From a virus (lineage: Duplodnaviria > Caudoviricetes): a stretch of 64,000 bases of DNA. The stretch is from IMG/VR virus record IMGVR_UViG_3300022746_000020, positions 10,656 through 74,655 of that record; one strand, written 5' to 3'. Shown in pieces: positions 58,548 to 64,000 of the stretch. Position numbers and translations under genes: made by a program. The stretch's first letter is position 1. Each line of letters opens with the position of its first letter. The notes below the pieces were generated by a model. That model saw only the letters and a list, made by a program, of their open reading frames with translations. It did no database searches and had not been told where the DNA came from.

Positions 58548-60629
58548 ATGCCATTTCAAGTAAGTCCAGGCGTAAACGTTTCAGAGATCGACTTAACTAC
58601 CGTTACCCCAGCAGTTTCTTCAACCGAAGGCGCTATTGCTGGTGTGTTCAAATGGGGTCCAGTTGACACTAAGATTCTGATTGACAGCGAGTCAACTCTC
58701 GTCCGTCGTTTCGGCAAGCCTACAAATTACAATGCAGAAACCTTCTTTTCTGCAGCAAACTTTTTAGCGTATGGCAATAAGCTATACGTTGTTCGTGCAG
58801 CTAATACAACTTCAGCTAACAGCACTGATGGTGCTTGGAACGCTATTGCTAATACAAGCACTGTAACAAGCCGTACTACATTCAACATTAGCAACCAAGA
58901 CGACTTTGAAAACAAGCAAGACACATTCACATCGACAGATGCTGACGTTTTGTACGTCGCAAAGTGGCCTGGTGCTGTTGGTAACTCATTGAAGATTTCC
59001 GTCTGTGATACTGCAGATGCATACACTTCGACAGTTAACTTGCTTGCTTCTAATACAGTTAGCACAAACGCAACTCTAACAAACGTTACTATTACTGTTG
59101 GTTCTAACACTGCTTTGGTTAAGATGGCCAACGCTGTTGGTTCTAACACAGCTGATGCAAACACAGCTGCTGCAGCCGTTGCTGCAACCATGACTGTTGG
59201 TGACGTTATCGAATTGGGTAACACATCGATTGGCAAGCAATATGCTAAAGTCACATCGATTGGCACACCAACTACAAACGCAACTCATGCATACTTCTCG
59301 ATCACTTTGGATAGCACATACAACCTGTCTGCTAACCTAACATCGACATCATTTACACGTTTCTGGGAATACTACAACAGCGTAGATCGCGCTCCAGCTG
59401 TTTCCTCTTACCAACGTTCGTTCGGCGGCAACACATCTGCTGTTGATGAAGTTCACGTTGCAGTTGTTGACCAAGACGGCGAATTCACTGGTGTTCCAGG
59501 AACGGTGCTTGAAATCTACCAAGGTTTGTCGCGTGCATCTGATGCCAAGACAGTCGATGGCGCAACAAACTACTACAAGACAGTTATCAATGATGGTTCT
59601 CAATACATTTGGGCATTGAGCGATCGTACAAACGCTGCTTCTGCTGCTGCTGCAACTGTCGCCTCGTCTACAAATACGAAGCCATTGTCGTTGTCGTTCG
59701 TTGATGGATCTGATGGTCCAGACGAATCTGCAGTATCGTTTGGTGAAATTACTCGCGCATACGACCAATTCGCTTCTGCTGAATCGGTTGACATCTCGTT
59801 GCTATTGACTGGTAAGTCGCGTGGCGGCACAGCAGGTGAACAGCTTGCTAACTACTTGATCGACAATATCGCCGATCGTCGTCGTGATTGCGTTGTGTTC
59901 GTTTCTCCAGAAAGAGCTAACGTAGTTCGTGCAAATGGCCTCGAAGCTACACGAGTTGTTGCTTTCCGTAACGCTCTTCGTTCTTCTTCATATGCAGTCC
60001 TTGACTCTGGATACAAGTATCAGTATGACAAGTACAACGACGTGTACCGTTATGTTCCTTTGAACGGCGATACAGCTGGTCTCTGCGTACGTACAGACGA
60101 CACACGCGATCCGTGGTTCTCGCCAGCTGGTTTCAGCCGTGGTCAGATCAAGAATATCGTTAAGCTAGCCTACAACCCAGGCAAAGCAGACCGCGACGTA
60201 TTGTATAAGGCTGGTGTTAACCCAGTTGTTACATTCCCAGGTCAAGGCACAATCTTGTTTGGCGATAAGACGTTGTTGGCTAACGCTAGCGCATTCGATC
60301 GTATCAACGTACGTCGTTTGTTTATCGTCTTGGAAAAGGCAATTGCTAAGGCTGCTAAGTCTCTATTGTTCGAATTCAACGACGACTTCACTCGCGCTCA
60401 ATTCAAGAACATCGTTGAACCATTCTTGCGTGACGTTCAAGGTCGCCGTGGTATCACAGCGTTCAAGGTTGTTTGTGACGATTCGAACAACACTAGCCAA
60501 GTTATCGACAGCAACCAATTCGTTGGCGACATCTATGTTAAGCCAGCTAAGTCTATCAACTTCATCCAGTTGAACTTTGTTGCAGTTAGAACTGGCGTTG
60601 AGTTCTCAGAGATCGTAGGATCGTTCTAA
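58548..60629 (+). CDS. gp18: Tail sheath protein gp18
   Basis: SPGVNVSEIDLT, FKWGP, YDKYND.YR..PLNGD.AGL, WFSPAG..RG, AFDRINVRRLF, KPAKSINFI.LNFVA. Confidence 0.95.
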   Translation: MPFQVSPGVNVSEIDLTTVTPAVSSTEGAIAGVFKWGPVDTKILIDSESTLVRRFGKPTNYNAETFFSAANFLAYGNKLYVVRAANTTSANSTDGAWNAIANTSTVTSRTTFNISNQDDFENKQDTFTSTDADVLYVAKWPGAVGNSLKISVCDTADAYTSTVNLLASNTVSTNATLTNVTITVGSNTALVKMANAVGSNTADANTAAAAVAATMTVGDVIELGNTSIGKQYAKVTSIGTPTTNATHAYFSITLDSTYNLSANLTSTSFTRFWEYYNSVDRAPAVSSYQRSFGGNTSAVDEVHVAVVDQDGEFTGVPGTVLEIYQGLSRASDAKTVDGATNYYKTVINDGSQYIWALSDRTNAASAAAATVASSTNTKPLSLSFVDGSDGPDESAVSFGEITRAYDQFASAESVDISLLLTGKSRGGTAGEQLANYLIDNIADRRRDCVVFVSPERANVVRANGLEATRVVAFRNALRSSSYAVLDSGYKYQYDKYNDVYRYVPLNGDTAGLCVRTDDTRDPWFSPAGFSRGQIKNIVKLAYNPGKADRDVLYKAGVNPVVTFPGQGTILFGDKTLLANASAFDRINVRRLFIVLEKAIAKAAKSLLFEFNDDFTRAQFKNIVEPFLRDVQGRRGITAFKVVCDDSNNTSQVIDSNQFVGDIYVKPAKSINFIQLNFVAVRTGVEFSEIVGSF

Positions 60630-60635
60630 TAAATA
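60628..60635 (+). promoter_or_regulatory. Probable late promoter for gp19
   Basis: AATAAATA followed by AAGGAG RBS. Confidence 0.55.
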
Positions 60636-60654
60636 AAGACAAGGAGAACAAGAC

Positions 60655-61206
60655 ATGGCATTTAATGTAAATGAAATTAGAAGTCAATTAACACTGGGTG
60701 GCGCGCGCAGCTCGCTATTCCAGGTTACACTTTCTAATCCTGCTAACAGCATCGGCGATATCAAGATCCCGTTCATGGTACGTGCTTCTTCGATCCCAGC
60801 GGCAACGCTGGGCGTTATCGAAGTTCCATACTTTGGTCGTAAGGTTCGTCTAGCCGGTGATCGTACTTTCGGTGAGTGGTCAGTTGTCGTCATGAACGAC
60901 GAAGACTTCTTGATCCGCAATGCGATGGAAGAGTGGTCCAACCAAATCAACACGTTCCAAGGTAACTTGCGTGGATTTGGCGCTGCATCCCCTCTCCTAT
61001 ATAAATCAACTGCAAATGTAACGCAGTATTCAAAAACTGGTGTACCAATCCGTGAATATACATTCAACGGCATTTTCCCAGTTGAAGTGTCACCTATTGA
61101 TTTGGATTGGAATAGTACCGATTCGATTCAAGAGTTCCAAGTAACATTCGCCTACGATTGGTGGGAAGTTACAGGTGGAACTACAGGCGACGCAGGCGGC
61201 GCTTAA
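60655..61206 (+). CDS. gp19: Tail tube protein gp19
   Basis: GGARSSLF, VPYFGRKV.LAGDRTF.EW, NDEDF.IR, IFP..VS.I.LDW, EFQVTFAYDWW. Confidence 0.95.
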   Translation: MAFNVNEIRSQLTLGGARSSLFQVTLSNPANSIGDIKIPFMVRASSIPAATLGVIEVPYFGRKVRLAGDRTFGEWSVVVMNDEDFLIRNAMEEWSNQINTFQGNLRGFGAASPLLYKSTANVTQYSKTGVPIREYTFNGIFPVEVSPIDLDWNSTDSIQEFQVTFAYDWWEVTGGTTGDAGGA

Positions 61207-61213
61207 TAGTATG

Positions 61214-61234
61214 GAGGCCGGCTAGTCCGGCCTC
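61214..61234 (+). terminator. GC-rich hairpin after gp19 (terminator or mRNA stabiliser)
   Basis: GAGGCCGG-ctagt-CCGGCCTC, 8-bp perfect stem; weak U-tract. Confidence 0.6.
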
Positions 61235-61254
61235 GTTAATTGGAGATATAATTA

Positions 61255-62862
61255 ATGGCAGAGTTCCTAGGGTTCGAGTTCCGTCGTAAGGCTCCTGTAG
61301 TAAAACAGGATCTAGACGAATTCATACCAAAACAAAACGATGATGGCGCAGTTGTTGTAGCTGCGGGTGGTTCCTATGGTACTGTCGTTGATCTAGAAGG
61401 TGCAGCGAAGAACGAAGGTGAATTAGTCACCAAGTATCGCGAAATGGCACTACACCCTGAAGTCGACTCAGCTGTCGATGACATCGTAAACGAAACGATC
61501 GTTATCGATGATAAGGATGAGACTGTTGAAATCAATTTGGAAAATCTCCGCGATCTACCAGATACAGTCAAAAAAGCAATCGATGCAGAATTTTCAAACA
61601 TACTGACACTATTAGACTTTGAACATCAAGGTTACGATGTGTTCAAACGTTGGTATGTCGATGGTCGTCTATACTATCATGCGATCATCGATAAGAACAA
61701 TCCCAAGGACGGGATTCAAGAATTGCGTTACATTGACCCACGTAAGATCAAAAAGGTCAGAGAAAACAAGCGCAAGAAAGTAACAAACAGCAATACTGGT
61801 ATGGGTGGCGATGCTACTATTCCGGTAGCAGGCAACGAATACTTCCTCTACAACGATAAAGGGTTTGGCGGTAAGCCAGCTGTTGCAGGGTTGTCTACAC
61901 CAGTTACAACAGGGATGAAGATTGCTAAGGATAGCATCATTCACTGTACATCTGGTCTGCTCGACAAGACAAATTCGTTGATCATATCGCACCTCCATAA
62001 AGCAATCAAGCCACTCAATCAACTGAGAGCGCTTGAAGATGCCACTGTCATATATCGTATTTCGCGTGCTCCTGAACGTAAGATTTTCTACATCGACGTT
62101 GGTAACCTTCCAAAGATGAAGGCGGAGCAATATCTGCGTGATATGATGACTCGCTATAAGAATAAGGTCGTTTACGACTCTGGTACTGGTGAGATTCGCG
62201 ACGATCGTAAGTTTATGACGATGTTGGAAGATTACTGGCTGCCACGCCGCGAAGGCAACCGTGGTACTCAAATTGAGACATTGCCAGGAGGTCAAAACCT
62301 CGGCGAAATGACCGACGTTGAATACTTCCAAAAAGGTCTATACCGTTCGCTTAATGTTCCTGTGGGACGCATGCAAAGTGATCAAACATTTGGTATTGGC
62401 CGCGCAACAGAAATTTCTAGAGACGAAGTTAAGTTTGCTAAATTCATTAGCCGCTTGCGCATTCGCTTCAATCACTTGTTTATCAAATCGCTCGAGAAGC
62501 AATTGGTGCTCAAGCAGATCATTACACAAGATGATTGGAAGGACATTGCTCCTAAGATCAAATTCAAGTATGCAAAAGATAATTTCTTTGCAGAACTAAA
62601 AGACAACGAAATTCTGAACGACAAACTATCAACGTATCAGAATATGTTGAACTCTAACGTGATTGGTAAGTACTATTCGCACAAGTGGGCTCGCTCATAT
62701 ATCTTCGGCCAAGATGAAGAAATGAGAAAGCGCATGGACAAAGAGATTAAGGAAGAGGCTAAAGATCCGATCCTCAATCCTCCAGTGATGCCTGATGGAA
62801 CTCCTGTTCCACATGGTGGCGTAGTTCCACCTCCGGTGCCCGATGTCCCACAACAAAATTGA
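61255..62862 (+). CDS. gp20: Portal vertex protein gp20
   Basis: YREMA.HPEVD.A, WYVDGR, LRYIDPRK, YRISRAPER.IFYIDVGNLPK.KAEQY, MLEDYWLPRREG.RGT.I.TLPGG. Confidence 0.95.
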   Translation: MAEFLGFEFRRKAPVVKQDLDEFIPKQNDDGAVVVAAGGSYGTVVDLEGAAKNEGELVTKYREMALHPEVDSAVDDIVNETIVIDDKDETVEINLENLRDLPDTVKKAIDAEFSNILTLLDFEHQGYDVFKRWYVDGRLYYHAIIDKNNPKDGIQELRYIDPRKIKKVRENKRKKVTNSNTGMGGDATIPVAGNEYFLYNDKGFGGKPAVAGLSTPVTTGMKIAKDSIIHCTSGLLDKTNSLIISHLHKAIKPLNQLRALEDATVIYRISRAPERKIFYIDVGNLPKMKAEQYLRDMMTRYKNKVVYDSGTGEIRDDRKFMTMLEDYWLPRREGNRGTQIETLPGGQNLGEMTDVEYFQKGLYRSLNVPVGRMQSDQTFGIGRATEISRDEVKFAKFISRLRIRFNHLFIKSLEKQLVLKQIITQDDWKDIAPKIKFKYAKDNFFAELKDNEILNDKLSTYQNMLNSNVIGKYYSHKWARSYIFGQDEEMRKRMDKEIKEEAKDPILNPPVMPDGTPVPHGGVVPPPVPDVPQQN

Positions 62863-62866
62863 AATG

Positions 62867-62874
62867 TATAAATA
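62867..62874 (+). promoter_or_regulatory. T4-type late promoter
   Basis: Exact TATAAATA then GGAG RBS and ATG 62887. Confidence 0.8.
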
Positions 62875-62886
62875 ATGGAGAGAAAC

Positions 62887-63198
62887 ATGACAACACCAAC
62901 TTATACCCCTGCTGATATCGTTAGATTTGCTTTGAGCAAAGATGCGGTCAATACATCATCTGCTTTCGATCAATTGATCGGCCAGCGTGTTGCTGATGCA
63001 ATTCAATCCCGTAAGGTTGAAATTGCTCAGAATATGATTGCCGAGCCTGAAGTTGATCAAGACGAAGTGGAAGCTGAATCTGAAGAACAACTTGAAGTTG
63101 AAACAGAAACAGAAACTGAGACTGAGATAGAAGGATCGGCAGAGGAAGAAAACCAAGAGTCCGAGGAATCACATGAAAACGCTGAACAATCTGCTTGA
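62887..63198 (+). CDS. Acidic prohead core protein (gp67-like by position)
   Basis: Directly after portal; Glu-rich C-terminus; start at ATG 62887 from RBS spacing. Confidence 0.6.
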   Translation: MTTPTYTPADIVRFALSKDAVNTSSAFDQLIGQRVADAIQSRKVEIAQNMIAEPEVDQDEVEAESEEQLEVETETETETEIEGSAEEENQESEESHENAEQSA

Positions 63199-63826
63199 AG
63201 GATTAAAAGGCTTCCAGGGTCCGAAGCACGATCAGGGCTCACGTAAGCCTGGAGAGATCGGCCCTAAAAAAGTCTACCACGACAATACTGTCACTTCTGA
63301 AAAGGGCGGTCCATCCGCTGCCACTCTTGGCACACAAGAATTTGTAGACGACCATGAAGTTAAGAAAACAGCTGATGCTAATGGCAACGATGATAAACTG
63401 TTCAAAGCTTCAAACGTCAAGGCTGTAGAACGTAAGTCTACACGTCATGGTTACAACGCCAAGGAAAGCGAAGATGTTAATGAAAGACATCTATCGAACG
63501 CAGAATTGGTTAAGCGTAAAGAGATTGCTGATGCAATTAAACGCGACCACCCAGAATATAGCGACGCTAAGAAAATGGCTATTGCTACTGCAAAAGCTAA
63601 GCAAGTTGCTGAAGAAGAACAAGTCGATGACATTCTCGAAGCAGTGCTAGCAGAGCAGGCAGAACAAGAAGTCGAAGCGATCACAACGATGCTTGAAGCT
63701 GTTTACGAGAGCCTAGAAGATGACGAATCTCGCGAACAATTCGTTGAGATGCTTGAATCAGATGAGCAATTCGAACAACTTCTCGAAATGGTTCAAGGCG
63801 TATTGAATGAAAGCGAAGAGGAGTAA
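63173..63826 (+). CDS. Putative prohead core/internal head protein
   Basis: Charged low-complexity 217 aa in the gp67/gp68 position; many (L/I/V)-x-E motifs. Confidence 0.55.
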   Translation: MKTLNNLLEGLKGFQGPKHDQGSRKPGEIGPKKVYHDNTVTSEKGGPSAATLGTQEFVDDHEVKKTADANGNDDKLFKASNVKAVERKSTRHGYNAKESEDVNERHLSNAELVKRKEIADAIKRDHPEYSDAKKMAIATAKAKQVAEEEQVDDILEAVLAEQAEQEVEAITTMLEAVYESLEDDESREQFVEMLESDEQFEQLLEMVQGVLNESEEE

Positions 63827-63828
63827 TC

Positions 63829-64000
63829 ATGTCTGATAACATTAAGATCTTATCGACCTCTATCACTCTCACGACTGCTAATACAGTAAGTGGAGCAAAA
63901 GTTGTACGTATCGTCAACACATCCGCTTCTCCTTCTCTGATCACACAAAAGAATGCTAACGGCGTATCGATCGGCACTATCGTGCTCGGTGCTGCTGGAT
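63829..64000 (+). CDS. Hypothetical protein, truncated by window end
   Basis: ATG 63829 after GAGGAG; MSDNIKILSTSITLTTANTVSGAKVVRIVN... open to the edge. Confidence 0.6.
   Translation, partial: MSDNIKILSTSITLTTANTVSGAKVVRIVNTSASPSLITQKNANGVSIGTIVLGAAG

Noticed and set aside
56879-62862. Inteins or introns in terminase or portal
   Set aside because: Lengths (537 and 535 aa) and motif spacing are normal with no splice-junction motifs
1-64000. Stop-codon reassignment, tRNA or rRNA genes
   Set aside because: Core genes translate full length in the standard code with TAA, TGA and TAG all used as stops; intergenic gaps are short and no cloverleaf was seen

Overview
This window is the late (virion-structural) region of a T4-like myophage, GC about 44% by eye, host not determinable. 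In order it holds: the 3' part of a VrlC/DUF4815-like baseplate-associated giant gene and two small fibre-like genes (1-8509); a ~9 kb mixed-strand island of tailoring enzymes (three DxD glycosyltransferases, two 2OG-Fe(II)/cupin-type oxygenases, a QueC-like ATPase, sulfotransferase, APS-kinase-like protein, radical SAM, fatty-acid desaturase, FabF-like ketoacyl synthase; 8472-17289); a ~35 kb array of about 35 fibre, adapter, receptor-binding and partner genes (17374-52412); and the T4 core gp13-gp20 plus prohead-core genes, interrupted by two GIY-YIG homing endonucleases and one probable remnant. T4-type late promoters (NATAAATA) punctuate the region. Two candidate undescribed systems stand out. 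(1) The fibre array is three parallel stalk-hub-branch-tip cassettes whose terminal peptide motifs and repeated adapter domains match in number, suggesting a hierarchically branched plug-and-socket adhesin tree with ~16 tip domains. (2) Exposed virion proteins are saturated with [G/A/S]-N-x and N-x-S/T motifs next to a glycosylation/hydroxylation/sulfation/acyl-tailoring island, suggesting phage-encoded Asn-directed virion decoration. All family calls come from motifs read by eye; no database search was run.
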